Source: an uncultured Alphaproteobacteria bacterium (GTDB taxonomy: Bacteria; Pseudomonadota; Alphaproteobacteria; Rhizobiales; Xanthobacteraceae). From it: a stretch of DNA of 64,000 nucleotides. A program made the position numbers and the translations under genes. Shown piece after piece: positions 29,636-41,069 of this stretch (the stretch's first letter is position 1; each line of letters begins with the position of its first letter). The stretch is taken from NCBI GenBank assembly GCA_963755895.1, contig CAVWMD010000027.1, forward strand, positions 240,881 to 304,880, in the 5' to 3' direction. Below the pieces are notes generated by a model. That model saw only the letters and a list, made by a program, of their open reading frames with translations. It had not been told where the DNA came from and did no database searches.

Positions 29636-30699
29636 TCGGTTTCCTCGGCATGCGGCGCATAGACCGAACGCCAGGCGAGCACCGGAATGATCAGGGTGAA
29701 CACCAGCACTTCCTTGAAGTTGCTGGCCCAGAACGAAAACAGCGCTTCGGCAAATCCGACGCCAAGCGCTGCCAGCACCGTCAGCGGATAGCTGACGAGG
29801 CCGCCGAGGATCGCGGCGACAAAGGCCTTCAATCCGATCAGGAAGCCGCAAGTCGTAAAACACCGTCATCAGCGGGCCGACCAGCACGCCGGAGACCGCG
29901 CCGAGCAGTGCTGCCAGCGCGAACGCGATCTGCCCCGCGGCGGAGGTCGGAATTCCCGACCAGCCGCGCGCCGATGCGGTTCGACGAACAGGCCCGCAGC
30001 GCCTTGCCCAGCAGCGTGCGCCCGAAAAACAGCGCGAACAGCACCAGCAGACAGCGCGGTGACGATCAAGACCGCGACGCTTTGACCGGTTACGACGAGA
30101 TCGCCCAGCGAAAATGACGCCGACGATAACGGCGTGGTGCCGGTGCCTTCGGGGCCGAAAAACAACAGGCCGAGGCCGGTCAGCGAAAAATGCACGCCGA
30201 ACGCCGCCATCAGCAGCACCAGCACGCTGGAATGGGCGATCGGCTCGAAGGCGATGCGATAGATCATCGGCCCCATCGGCGTGATCAGCGCGATCGCCAG
30301 CAGGATGTTGGCGGCTTGCCCGAGTTTCATCGGCGCCAGCGTTCGCGTCAGCAGCAGCAGCGCCACCGGAAGCGCCAGATCGAACAGCACGATCCTGGCC
30401 ACGCGCCGCAAGGTCAGCTCGCTGACGTGCCGCACGATTTCAGACGCGGCGGCGAGGCAGCCGAGCGCCAGCAACAGCCACGGCGTCGCGGGAACGTTGC
30501 CGTTTTCAAGTGCTGCGATCGTCAGCGCGGTGAACGCCACGAACTCGCCCTGGGGCACCAGGATGACCCGCGTCACCGCGAACACCAGCACGGTTGCGAT
30601 GGCGACCAGGGCATAGACCGCACCGTTGATGATGCCGTCCTGCAGCAGGAATAGGAAAATGGTGCCGTCCACGCCCGTTCGATCCCCCCAGATGCGCAT
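29632..30699 (-). pseudogene. HAAT ABC permease (LivH-like), frameshifted
   Basis: The protein is split over ORFs 29869..30699, 29838..30044 and 29632..29832 (INGAVYALVAIATVLVF... / LGKALRACSSNRIGARLVG / MKAFVAAILGGLVSYPLTV...). Confidence 0.75.
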
Positions 30700-31090
30700 T
30701 TTCCGGGGAGGTGAATGGCCCGGTGCGCTAACGATTTTTTGATTGCAGCCAAATTCACCAACCGCCGGCTTAATTCAAGCGGATAGTTCGGCCCATGTGG
30801 CGCGACCGATCGTCCGGGCATGGCCGCTTCAGCCGGTGGTCGCTCGCCGCTCCGCGGCGATGCACAATATGCGGGCAAGTATCTCATGAAACGAGGTACT
30901 TTCGCCTGAGAAGCGGCCGGCGCTGTGCGACGAAAGTGACATTGACAGGGCGACATCCCGTGACGCGATATGCCCGCCCAGCAAGCCCGCATTCGCGCCC
31001 CATCAACGAGGGCCGCCGGCGTCGGCGCTGCATCGTCTGAACGTCCGGCTGTCGTCGGATGCGTCACAATAAGCATTGGGAGGATCGGTC

Positions 31091-32446
31091 ATGAAAAAAA
31101 CTATCGCCGGACAGGATTCCGGCCTCGTGGTGTCCCGTCGCAAGCTGTTGCAGTCGGCCGCAGCGTTGGCCGGAGGAGCGATGCTCCCCGCCGGCATGGC
31201 ATTGCCGGCCTTCGCCGACGACAAGCCGGCGATCGGGACCTATCCCGCCGGTTCGTCCGGCTCCTCGGTTTTCATCGGCATCACCGTGCCGCGCACCGGC
31301 ACCTATGCGGTGCAGGGCGAAGACGAGCTCAAGGGCTATGAACTCGCGATCGAGCACATCAACAGCGGCCACGAGCTGATCAAGAAGATCTCGCCCAAGA
31401 CCACCAAGGGCGTGCTCGGCAAGGAATTGAAGTATGGCGTCGCCGATTCCGCCGCCAAGCCGAACGAAGCGGTGCAGGCGCAGCAGCGCTTCATCAGCGA
31501 GAACAAGGCGATGATGATCACCGGCGGCACCTCGAGCGCGGTCGCGGTCGCGCTGAACAAGCTGGCGCAGCGCGAAAAGGTGCTGTTCGTGTGCGGCATC
31601 TCCGGCTCCAACGACACCACCGGCAAGGATTGCGTGCGCTACGGCTTCCGCCAGAGCTTCTACGGCCAGACCGCGGCGGCCGCGATCAGCCCGACGCTGA
31701 TCAAGACCTTCGGCAAGAACAAGAAGGTCGCTTATCTGACGCCGGACTACACCTACGGCCACACCGTCACCAAGTCGATGCAGGACAATACGGCTGCGGC
31801 CGGCTGGACCACCGTGACCAACCAGGTCTCGCCGCTCGGCGCGCCCGACTTCTCGTCCTATCTGCTCAACGTCGCCAATTCGGGCGCCGATCTCCTGATC
31901 AACGTCAACTGGGGCCACGACGCAGTGCTGTCGATCCAGCAGGCCAAGCAGTTCGGCGTGCTCGACAAGATGAAGCTGATCGTGCCCTACCAGGTGCCGT
32001 TCCTCGCCCGCGAAACCGGCGGCCTGATGCAGGGCGTCTACTCGGCCACCGACTATTGGTGGGCCATCGAGGACAAATATCCGCTCGCCAAGATGTTCAA
32101 CGAGGCGTTCGAGAAGAAGTACGGCTACAAGCCGGAGTGGGGCGCGGCGAACTCCTATATCAGCTTCGCGCATTGGGCGCGCATGGTCGAAGAGACCGGC
32201 AGCTTCTATCCGCCTGACGTGATCAAGACCTATGAGAAGGAAGAGGTCATTCCCTCGCTCGTCGGCGACGTGCATTACCGCAAGGAAGACCACCAGTGCG
32301 TCCGCCCCGTCATCATCGTCAAGGGCAAGCTGGAAAAGGACATGAAGGGCAAGGAAGACTTCTACGACGTGGTCGACATCGTTCCGGGCGAGGGCTTGAT
32401 GCAGAAGCCGGACGCGTTCGGCTGCAAGCTCGGCGACTACACCTGA
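31091..32446 (+). CDS. HAAT-family ABC substrate-binding protein with Tat-like signal
   Basis: ATG after gggagga. SRRKLLQSAAALAGGAMLPAGMALPAFA signal, then a type I PBP-like sequence. Intact (451 aa from ATG 31091). It is the only undisrupted gene between 27.86 and 44.97 kb. Confidence 0.85.
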   Translation: MKKTIAGQDSGLVVSRRKLLQSAAALAGGAMLPAGMALPAFADDKPAIGTYPAGSSGSSVFIGITVPRTGTYAVQGEDELKGYELAIEHINSGHELIKKISPKTTKGVLGKELKYGVADSAAKPNEAVQAQQRFISENKAMMITGGTSSAVAVALNKLAQREKVLFVCGISGSNDTTGKDCVRYGFRQSFYGQTAAAAISPTLIKTFGKNKKVAYLTPDYTYGHTVTKSMQDNTAAAGWTTVTNQVSPLGAPDFSSYLLNVANSGADLLINVNWGHDAVLSIQQAKQFGVLDKMKLIVPYQVPFLARETGGLMQGVYSATDYWWAIEDKYPLAKMFNEAFEKKYGYKPEWGAANSYISFAHWARMVEETGSFYPPDVIKTYEKEEVIPSLVGDVHYRKEDHQCVRPVIIVKGKLEKDMKGKEDFYDVVDIVPGEGLMQKPDAFGCKLGDYT

Positions 32447-32560
32447 GCGGGATCTGAAGTTCGGCGCCGCGGGGCTACTTCCTGCGGCGCCATTTTTGCG
32501 TTAGCACCATGATGCCTAGCTTCGCCGTACAGCCAAGTTGCCTTCAGGCGGGTCCTGCGA

Positions 32561-33447
32561 TTGTCTTTCATGATTAATTGGCCGAATTTCATTTCGCAGG
32601 TATTCAACGGCCTGGCGCTGGGCGCTCTGCTTGGCGCTGATCAGCTCCGGGCTGACCATCATCTACGGCACGCTCGGCGTGCTCAACCTCGCGCACGGCG
32701 CGATGTTCATGCTCGGCGGCTACGCCGGCTACGTCGCCTTCGAATATACCGGCTCGTTCATCGTCGCGGTGATCGCCGGCTCGCTGTTCGTCATGATCGT
32801 GGGCGTGGTGATGGAGCGCGTCATCATCCGGCATTTCTATCACCGTCCGCACGAGGACCAGCTTCTCGTCACCTTCGGGCTCGGGCATCTGCTTCGTCGA
32901 ACTGGTGCGGCTGGTGTTCTCCAGCGACTCGAAGCTGGTGCCGCCGCCGCCGCTGTTCCAGGGCATCACCTCGCTCGGCTTCATGTTTTATCCGACCTAT
33001 CGGCTCGCGGTGGTCGGCATCGTCGCGGTCGCGCTCGGCGCGCTGTTCGTCGTGCTCTACCGCACCCGGCTCGGCATGATCGTGCGCGCCGGCATCGAAG
33101 ATTCGGTGATGGTCGATTCGCTCGGCATCAACGTCTACCGCGTCTTCATGATCGTGTTCGGCATCGGCGCGATGGCGGCCGGCTTTGCCGGCATCGTCAA
33201 CGCGCCGGTGGTCTCGCTGACGCCGGGTGTCGGCGACGACATCCTGGTCGAAACCTTCGTGGTGGTGGTGATCGGCGGCGTCGGATCGTTTCCGGGCGCC
33301 ATTCTCGGCGGCCTGATCGCCGGCGAAATCATCAGCATCACCTCGATGTTCAATCCCGGCTACGCCTACGTCATGCTGTTCGCGGCGATGACGCTGGTGC
33401 TGGTGGTCCGGCCGCATGGCCTGCTCGGCACGCAGGGCCGCGAATGA
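32561..33447 (+). pseudogene. HAAT ABC permease (LivH-like), two frameshifts
   Basis: Pieces lie in ORFs 32561..33079 (NFISQVFNGLALGALL), 32631..33461 (ALISSGLTIIYGTLGVLNLAHGAMFMLGGY...) and 32905..33447 (C-terminal half). Frame changes at about 32625 and about 32890. Confidence 0.8.
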
Positions 33448-33460
33448 ACGTGGTCATCTG

Positions 33461-34440
33461 ATGCTCAAGCAACGTCCCTTTTTGATCGAGACATTGACGG
33501 CGATCGGCCTGATCGTTGCGCCGTTCGTGCTGCCGCATCTCGGCTTTGCCCCCAACACCGTGAACCGGATCCTGGTCTGGGGCCTGTTCGGCCTCGGCTT
33601 CGATATCCTGTTCGGCTTTACCGGGCTGTTGTCGTTCGGCCAGTCGGCGTTCTACGGCACCGGCGGTTTTGTCGCGGCCTATCTGCTGACCCGCGCCGGA
33701 TTTCCCAACGTGGTGCTGGCGCTGATCATCGGCATGATCGCCGCCGCCGCGGTCGGCTATCTGGTCGGGCTGATCGCGCTGCGGCGCACCGGCATCTACT
33801 TCTCCATGATCACGGTGGCGATCGCGGAGGTGTTCTTTTTCGTCGAGTTCAATCCGCTGTCGGACTGGACCGGCGGCGAGAACGGTTTGCCCGGCGTGCC
33901 GACGCCGAGCTTCAATCTCGGCTTCACCACATATCCATTTCACCACCGGCTGGTCGCTCTATCAGTTCCTCGCGTTGTGCTACTTCATCGGCGTCGTGAT
34001 CGCGCTGCGCATCGTGCGCTCGCCGGTCGGCGCGATCTTGAGCGCGATCCGCGACAATCCGCTGCGCGCCACCGCCGTCGGCCACAACATCCACGGCTAC
34101 AAGCTGACCGCCTTCGTGATCGCGGCCGCCTATGCCGGGTTCGCCGGCGGCCTGCTCGGCGTGCTGCAGGCGTTCATGCCGCCCGACGCCTTCACCTTCG
34201 ATACCTCGGGCCAATTGGTGATGCAGACCGCGATCGGCGGCCGGGGCACGCTGTTCGGCCCGCTGGTCGGCGCCGCGGTCTGGCTGTTCCTGCAGGATTT
34301 CCTGCAGGCGGCGCTGGGGCTTGGCGCGGCGTGGAAGCTCGTGCTCGGCGTGGTCTTCGTGCTGCTGGTCTGCTTCCTGCGCCGCGGCATTATCGGCGGC
34401 CTCGAGGATCTCTACGGCCGGATGACCGGCAAGCGCGCGA
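33461..34440 (+). pseudogene. HAAT ABC permease (LivM-like), frameshifted
   Basis: The N-terminal half is in ORF 33416..34591 (from ATG 33461) and the C-terminal half in ORF 33975..35102 (VGAILSAIRDNPLRATAVGHN...). Frame change at about 33945. All three frames stay open downstream, so the 3' end and a possible fusion to LivG are unresolved. Confidence 0.7.
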
Positions 34441-34443
34441 AGC

Positions 34444-35329
34444 ATGCCGAGCCGGAGCGAATCCGTCGCCGGTGCCGGCGCGCCGACGCGGCGAAAGCCA
34501 TGGACAGCGCTCGTCGCCGAGACAGCCGACGCCGGCGCCGGCTCGCGCGAGTGCGGCCGTACCGGCCCGATCCTGCAGGCCACCGGCCTGACCAAGCGCT
34601 ACGGCGGCCTGGTCGCCAACAGCGATATCGATTTCACGGTCAATCACGGCGAGCTGCGCGGCATCATCGGCCCCAACGGCGCCGGCAAATCGACCTTCTT
34701 CAAGATGCTGACCTGCGAGATTCCGCCGACCTCGGGCACGATCATGTTCGAGGGGCGCGATATCACCGGCACCAGCGTCACCGACGTCTGCCAGCACGGC
34801 CTGACCAAGAGCTATCAGGTCAACCAGCTGTTCACCGGACTGACGGTGCGCGAGAATGTCGTGATCGCGGCGCTGGCCAAATTGCGCGGCAAATTCCGGC
34901 TCGATCTGTTCCGCAGCCTCGACAGCATCCCGGGATTGAACGAGCTGGTGAAGCGCACGCTCGAACTCGTCAATCTCGCCGTCGCGGCCCGACACGCCGG
35001 TATCGGAACTCGCTTACGGCGAGAAGCGCCGGCTGGAAATCGGACTGGCGCTGGCGACATCGCCGAGCCTGTTGCTGCTGGACGAGCCGCTGGCCGGCAT
35101 GAGCCCGCGCGAGCGCGTCGAAACCGTCAAGCTGCTGAAATCGATCAGCCGGGACCGCACCATGATCATCATCGATCACGACATGGATGCGCTGTTCGAA
35201 CTGGCCGAACGCGTCACCGTGCTGCAGGAAGGCCGCGTCCTGGTCGAGGGCACGCCGGACGAGATCAAGAAAAGCACCGCGGTGCAGGAAGCCTATCTGG
35301 GCGGCGTGCATGGAGTGCTCGACGCATGA
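34444..35329 (+). pseudogene. HAAT ABC ATP-binding protein (LivG-like), frameshifted
   Basis: Walker A GPNGAGKSTFF is in ORF 34444..35637. After about 34985 the correct reading (DTPVSELAYGEKRRLEIGLALATSPSLLLLDEPLAGM...) continues in the frame of ORF 35072..35329. Confidence 0.8.
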
Positions 35330-36023
35330 GCTTGCTCGAGGTCAACGGCCTGAACAGCTATTACGGGGATTCCCATATCCTGTTCGACGTCTCGCTGCGG
35401 GTCGAGCGCAACGAGGTCGTGGCGCTGCTCGGCCGCAACGGCGCCGGCAAGAGCACGACGCTGAAGAGCCTGATGGGCGTGGTGACGCCGCGCGCCGGCA
35501 CGGTGATGTTCGACGGCGTCGATATCGCCGGGCGAAAGAGCCACGCCATCGCGCAGGCGGGCATGCAGCTCGTGCACGAGGATCGCCGGATTTTCGGCAG
35601 CCTCAATGTCGAGGAAAACCTCATCCTCGCGGGCTGACGGCCTCGAAGCGCTGGCCGCTCGACCGCATCTACGAGATGTTTCCGCGGCTCAAGGAGCGGC
35701 GCGGCAACCGCGGCACCGATTTGTCCGGCGGCGAGCAGCAGATGCTGGCGATCGCGCGCGCGCTGGTGCGCGATCCCAAGATCATCCTGCTGGATGAGCC
35801 GTTCGAAGGGCTCGCGCCGATCATCGTGCGCGACCTGATGAAGGCCTGCAGCGATCTCGCCGCGGCCGGCCAGACCATCGTGCTGGTCGAGCAGAATCTG
35901 GCGGCGACGCTGTCGCTGGCGCAGCGCATCTACATCGTCAACAACGGCCATATCGTTCACGAAGGCCCGGCGCAGGAAATCAAGGCGCAGCCGGAAGTCC
36001 TGCAGCGCTATCTCGGCGTCTGA
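35326..36023 (+). pseudogene. HAAT ABC ATP-binding protein (LivF-like), frameshifted
   Basis: MSLLEVNGLNSYYG...GRNGAGKSTTL ends in a premature stop at 35637. The continuation (LSGGEQQMLAIARAL, ILLDEPFEGLAP) is in ORF 35187..36023. Confidence 0.8.
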
Positions 36024-36154
36024 CGGCGGAGCGACACGACGCCGGCCGCGTTGTCGGCCATGCGCGGGTATATCGGCGGCTCCGGGAACAAACCTAAGCC
36101 ACTGGGGTTCGTCCTTACCGAATTCCCACAATCGTTTTGCTCGCGGAGTAAAAC

Positions 36155-37684
36155 ATGGCTGACGAACAGGCACCCCCGCGGGTCCAGACCTTACAAAAGG
36201 CGTATCTGCTGACGAATTCACCGGCGAGACCTTGCTGGGCCATGTCGGCGACCAGGATGTCTTGCTGGTGCGGTCCGGGTCCGAAATCTTCGCGATCGAC
36301 GCGCAATGCAGCCATTATCACGGGCCGCTCGCGGAGGGACTCGTCGTCGGGCGACGAGCATCCGCTGCCCCTGGCATCATGCCTGCTTCGATCTGCGCAC
36401 CGGGGAGGCCACGCGCGCGCCGGCGCTGACGCCGCTTTCGGTCTGGCAGGTCGAGCACGAAGGCGACCGCATCTTCGTCCGGCACAAGCGCGAGCAGCCG
36501 AAGCCGCCGGCAAGGGGCCGATCGAAGCGCCCGACAGAATCGTGATCGTCGGCGGCGGGGCGGCGGGGTTTGCCGCGGCCGAAATGCTGCGGCGGCGAGA
36601 GCTTTCGCGGCAGCATCGTCATGCTGAGCAGCGACGCGCGCCGCGCCGGTCGATCGGCCGAACCTGTCAAAGGATTATCTGGCCGGCAGCGCGCCGGAAG
36701 ACTGGCTGCCGCTGCGTCCGGACAATTTTTACGCGGACGCCAAAATCGATCTGCGGCTCAACAGCAAAGTCACCGCGATCGACGCCAAAGCGCGCAAGGT
36801 CGCCACTCGCCGACGGCGGCACGTTTCCTACGACCGCCTGCTGCTGGCGACCGGCGCCGAGCCGGTGCGGCTGCCGATTCCGGGCGCCGATCAGCCGCAT
36901 GTCCATACGCTTGCGGTCGCTGGCGGATTGCCGGGCGATCATCGACTCCGCGAAAGGCGCGCGCCGCGCGATCGTGATCGGCGCCAGCTTTATCGGGCTG
37001 GAGGCCGCGGCCGCGTTGCGTGCGCGCGAGATCGAGGTTCATGTCGTGGCGCCGGAGCCGCGGCCGATGGAACGCGTGCTCGGGCCCGGCATGGGCGATT
37101 TCGTGCGCGCCTTGCACGAGGAGCACGGCGTCATCTTCCATCTCGGCGACACCGTGACCGCGATCGACGGCAAGCGCGCGACGCTAAGAGCGGCGGCGTG
37201 CTGGAGGCCGATCTGGTCGTGGTCGGCGTCGGGGTGCGGCCGCGGCTGGCGCTGGCCGAACAGGCCGGCCTCAAGCTCGATCGCGGCGTCGTCGTGAACG
37301 AGTTGCTCGAAACCAGCGTTCCCGGGATCTTTGCCGCGGGCGATATCGCGCGCTGGCCCGATCCGCATTCGAAGGAGAATATCCGGGTCGAGCATTGGGT
37401 GGTGGCGCGAACGCCAGGGCCAGACCGCCGCGCGCAACATGCTGGGGCAGCGCGAGGCGTTCGACGCGGTGCCGTTCTTCTGGAGCCAGCATTACGACGT
37501 GCCGATCAATTATGTCGGTCATGCCGAGCAGTGGGACGAGATCGCCGTCGACGGCGACATCGCGGCAAGGGATTGCCTGCTGCGATACAAGCGCGGGGGC
37601 CGCGTGCTTGCGGTCGCCTCGATCTATCGCGATCTGGCGAGCCTGCAAGCCGAACTCGCGATGGAGCGGGGCACGATGCGCTGA
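36155..37684 (+). pseudogene. Rieske [2Fe-2S] domain fused to FAD-dependent pyridine nucleotide-disulfide oxidoreductase (ferredoxin reductase-like), heavily frameshifted
   Basis: Rieske CSHYHGPL (ORF 36232..36429) and CPWHHACF (ORF 36306..36545). FAD motif [15 protein letters not shown] (frame of 36155), NAD motif AIVIGASFIGLEAAA, and C-terminal FFWSQHYDVPINYVGH (ORF 37331..37684). My reconstruction needs at least 8 frame changes. Confidence 0.75.
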
Positions 37685-37757
37685 GATCGCGAAGTCACGG
37701 CTTCGGGAACATCTCGATCACGCGGCGGTTAGCTTTGCTCGTGGAGCTCGCGTGCGG

Positions 37758-39214
37758 ATGTCGGCAAGCCAATCAACCTCGCCGACGTCAGGCGCAGTGA
37801 AGACGGATATTCCTGCGCGGCTGGACCGGCTGCCCTGGAGCCGCTTTCACCTGCTCATCGTTGTTGGTCTCGGGGTGACCTGGATTCTGGACGGACTAGA
37901 GGTCACGATTGTTGGCGCGCTGGGTCCTGCGCTGCAGAATCCCCTGACGCTGCATCTGTCGAGCGCCGATCTTGGCGCCGTCGCCTCTTTCTACGTTGTC
38001 GGCGCCGTGACCGGTGCGCTGGTGTCGGGCTGGGTGACCGACCGTTTCGGACGGCGGCTCGTCTTTTACGCGACGCTGATCGTCTACCTCGCCGGCGTGC
38101 TGCTGAGCGCCTGCGCGTGGGATTTCTGGAGCTTCGCACTGTTCCGGATGCTGACCGGGATGGGCATCGGCGGCGAATATGCCGCGGTGAATTCCGCCAT
38201 CGACGAATTGATTCCCGCGAAATACCGCGGTCGCATCGACCTGATCGTCAATGGCAGTTTCTGGGTCGGCGCCGCTGCCGGCGCGGCGGTGACACCCTTG
38301 TTGCTCGATCAGGGCCTGTTTTCCGTCAATGTCGGATGGCGGCTCGGTTTCGGGATCGGCGGCGTGCTTGGCCTCTCGATCCTGATGCTCCGTCGTTTTG
38401 TGCCGGAAAGTCCGCGATGGCTGGTGACGCACTGCCGAAGCGGGGACGCCGAGCGAACGGTGCGGGACATCGAGGCCGACGTCGAGTCGTCGACAGGGCG
38501 CGCGCCGGCTCCCATCACCGAAAGTATCACGGTGCATCCGAGGAAATCATTTGGGCTCGGCATGATCTTCGCTTCGATGCTGGGGCCGCATCGCCTGCGC
38601 AGCGTACTGGCGCTGACGTTGATGGTGGCGCAGTCGTTTCTCTACAATTCGGTTTTCTTCAGCTACGGGCTGATCCTCTCCCACTTCTATCATGTGCCGG
38701 AGCAGCGTATCGGCTTCTATCTGCTGCCGCTGGCGCTGGGGAATTTTTGCGGCCCGCTGCTGCTTGGATCGTTGTTCGACACGGTCGGGCGTCGCAAGAT
38801 GATCGCGGGTACCTTCGCGGTCAGCGGGCTTCTGCTGCTTGGAACCGCGGCGCTGTTCGGGGCAGGGCTGCTGTCGGAGGTCACGCAGACCGCGGCGTGG
38901 CTCGTGATTTTCTTTTTCGCGTCGGCCGCGGCGAGTTCGGCCTACCTGACCGCCAGTGAGATATTCCCGCTGGAAACGAGGGCGCTCGCTATCGCCTGCT
39001 TTTACGCCTTGGGTACGTTGATCGGGGGAAGCCTTTCACCGCTGTTGTTCGGCTGGCTGTTGGATCCGGATCGAGTTGGCAAGTCAGCGGAGGCTATGCT
39101 CTGGCCGCGCTGCTTTTGTTGATAGCGGCCGTCACCGAGTGGAAACTGGGCATCGATGCGGAAGGAAAATCGCTGGAGAGCATCGCCACGCCGCTTTCGA
39201 GCCAGAACGGATGA
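37758..39214 (+). pseudogene. MFS transporter (metabolite:H+ symporter-like), C-terminal frameshift
   Basis: 12-TM MFS pattern (DRFGRR, LTGMGIGGEY). At about 39062 (ctgtt|ggatcc) the last TM helix and tail (GGYALAALLLLIAAVTEWKLGIDAEGKSLESIA...) continue in another frame, ending at 39214. Confidence 0.75.
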
Positions 39215-39428
39215 TTGTCTATTCGTATTCGTATTCGGGATCGGCGGGGCGGGCCGCGCTGGCGGTCGACGCCCCAGGTTCTAGCTTTTTGTTAACCAAT
39301 TGTTATGCCTACCAAATTCGGTAACGCGTCTTTAATGGCGGGACCGTAGGGTCATTTCCACGCGGCTCGGGATGGGCCGCGCTTCCGTCCAGGATGGCCG
39401 GAAATTCGCGTACGCGTTGGAGTTTCCC

Positions 39429-40204
39429 ATGGATATCATGACGTTGGTCGGGCTGGCGTGCGGCATCGCCGTCATCACCGTCATCATGCTGTTGGGCGGC
39501 AATCTGGAGATGTTCTGGAGCGAACACGCCGTCATCATCATCTTCGGCGGATCGATCGCCGCCACCATGATCCGCTTTCCGCTCATGCGCGATCGCTGCA
39601 TGGCCTGCCGCTCGGCGCGAAATTCGCCTTCACCATGAGCCGACTGTCGGCGCGCGACCTGGTCGACGAACTCGCCCGCATCGCCGAGATCGCCCGCAAG
39701 CAGGGGCCGGTCGGGCTGGAAAAGGTCGAGACCGACGAGCCGTTCCTCGCCAAGGGAATCCGCTACGTCGCCGACGGCTACGATCTCGAATTCATCCGCG
39801 ACAATCTCGAGCGCGACCGCGACAACTTCCTGATGCATCTCGACGAAGGCGGCAAGATCTACCGCGCCATCGGCGACTGCGCCCCGGCGTTCGGCATGGT
39901 CGGCACCCTGATCGGCATGGTGCAGATGTTCGCCAACATGACCGATCCGTCGAAACTCGGCCCGTTCATGGCGACCGCGCTGCTGGCGACGCTGTACGGC
40001 GCGCTGGTCTCCAACCTGTTCTGTCTGCCGCTCGCCGACAAGCTGCACGTCAAGCTGCTCGACGAGGAGACCAACCGCACGCTGATCATCGACGGCATCC
40101 TGATGATCCGGGATTCCAAGAGCCCGACGCTGGTGCGGGAAATGCTGCTGGCCTATCTGCCGGAAAAACACCGCCACGAAGAAGCCGAGCCGGTCCCGGC
40201 GTAA
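39429..40204 (+). pseudogene. motA: flagellar-type stator protein MotA/PomA, frameshifted
   Basis: MDIMTLVGLACGIAVITVIMLLGG... (ORF 39372..39638), then a frame change at about 39588 into ORF 39458..40204 (GDCAPAFGMVGTLIGMVQMF...ALLATLYGALVSNLFCLPLADKL). Confidence 0.8.
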
Positions 40205-40234
40205 GGCGACCGCTTCCGGTCCGGAACAACCACC

Positions 40235-41066
40235 ATGGCCAAGAAGAAACGTGGCGACGCGCATGGAGGAGGGCACGGCTGGTTCGTGACCTTCGCCGAC
40301 CTGATGGGCCTGATGATGAGCTTCTTCGTGATGCTCGTCGCGTTTTCCACCATGGACAACAACAAGCTCAAGATCGTCGCCGGTTCGATGCGCGATGCCT
40401 TCGGCGTGCAGACCGACAAGCGCTATTCCGGCATCATCGAATCCGACGGCCTGCCGACGCGGCCGAAGCTGAAGAATGCCGCGCACATCAATCCCGAGGA
40501 ATCCTCCAATACGCCGACCCCGGATCAGAACGAGGAAGCCAAGGTCTCCGGCGCCAAGCTCAAGATCGATCGCGAATTCGCGCTGGCCTCGGCTTCGCTG
40601 CGCCAGGCCTTGCAGGACATGCCGGAACTGACCGAGATTTCAAAGCACATCATGTTCGAGGAGACCAAAGAGGGTCTCAATCTGGAAATCGTCGATCAGG
40701 ATGGCCGCTCGATGTTCGCCGACGGCTCCAAGGTGCCGTATGATCGCACCCGCCGGCTGATCGAGAAGCTTGCCGCGCCGCTCAAGGCGACGCCGCTGCG
40801 CATCTCGATCATCGGTCATACCGCCGCGGGCTTCGTGCCGTCGCAAAGCGACTATGGCGCATTCGATCTCTCGGCCGATCGCGCCAACGCGGTGCGCCAG
40901 ATTCTGGAGCGGGAAGGGCTGCCGCCGGCCCACATCTTCGCGGTTTCGGGCAAGGCCGACACCCAGCCGCTGTTTCCCGACGATCCTTCGCTGTCGGCCG
41001 AACCGCCGCGTGACCATCACGCTGATGCGCGAGGATCCGGCGCTGCCGCCGAACCTGAAGCCGTAA
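40235..41066 (+). pseudogene. motB: MotB (OmpA-like C-terminal domain) stator protein, frameshifted near 3' end
   Basis: WFVTFADLMGLMMSFFVMLVA plug/TM segment with the conserved Asp, plus an OmpA-like domain. At about 41000 the reading switches to NRRVTITLMREDPALPPNLKP (frame of ORF 40770..41066). Confidence 0.8.
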
Positions 41067-41069
41067 TCC

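Noticed and set aside
31064-32293. 409 aa minus-strand ORF opposite the Tat-signal binding protein
   Set aside because: No recognisable motifs and off-frame GC-type composition. The plus-strand SBP has a strong RBS, a signal peptide and family features.
39332-40486. 384 aa minus-strand ORF overlapping motA/motB
   Set aside because: Antisense shadow ORF. The plus strand carries clear MotA/MotB motifs.
39429-41066. MotAB pair as a Zorya-like anti-phage system
   Set aside because: The MotA homolog is short (about 258 aa) without the long ZorA tail, and no ZorC/ZorD-like genes are adjacent.
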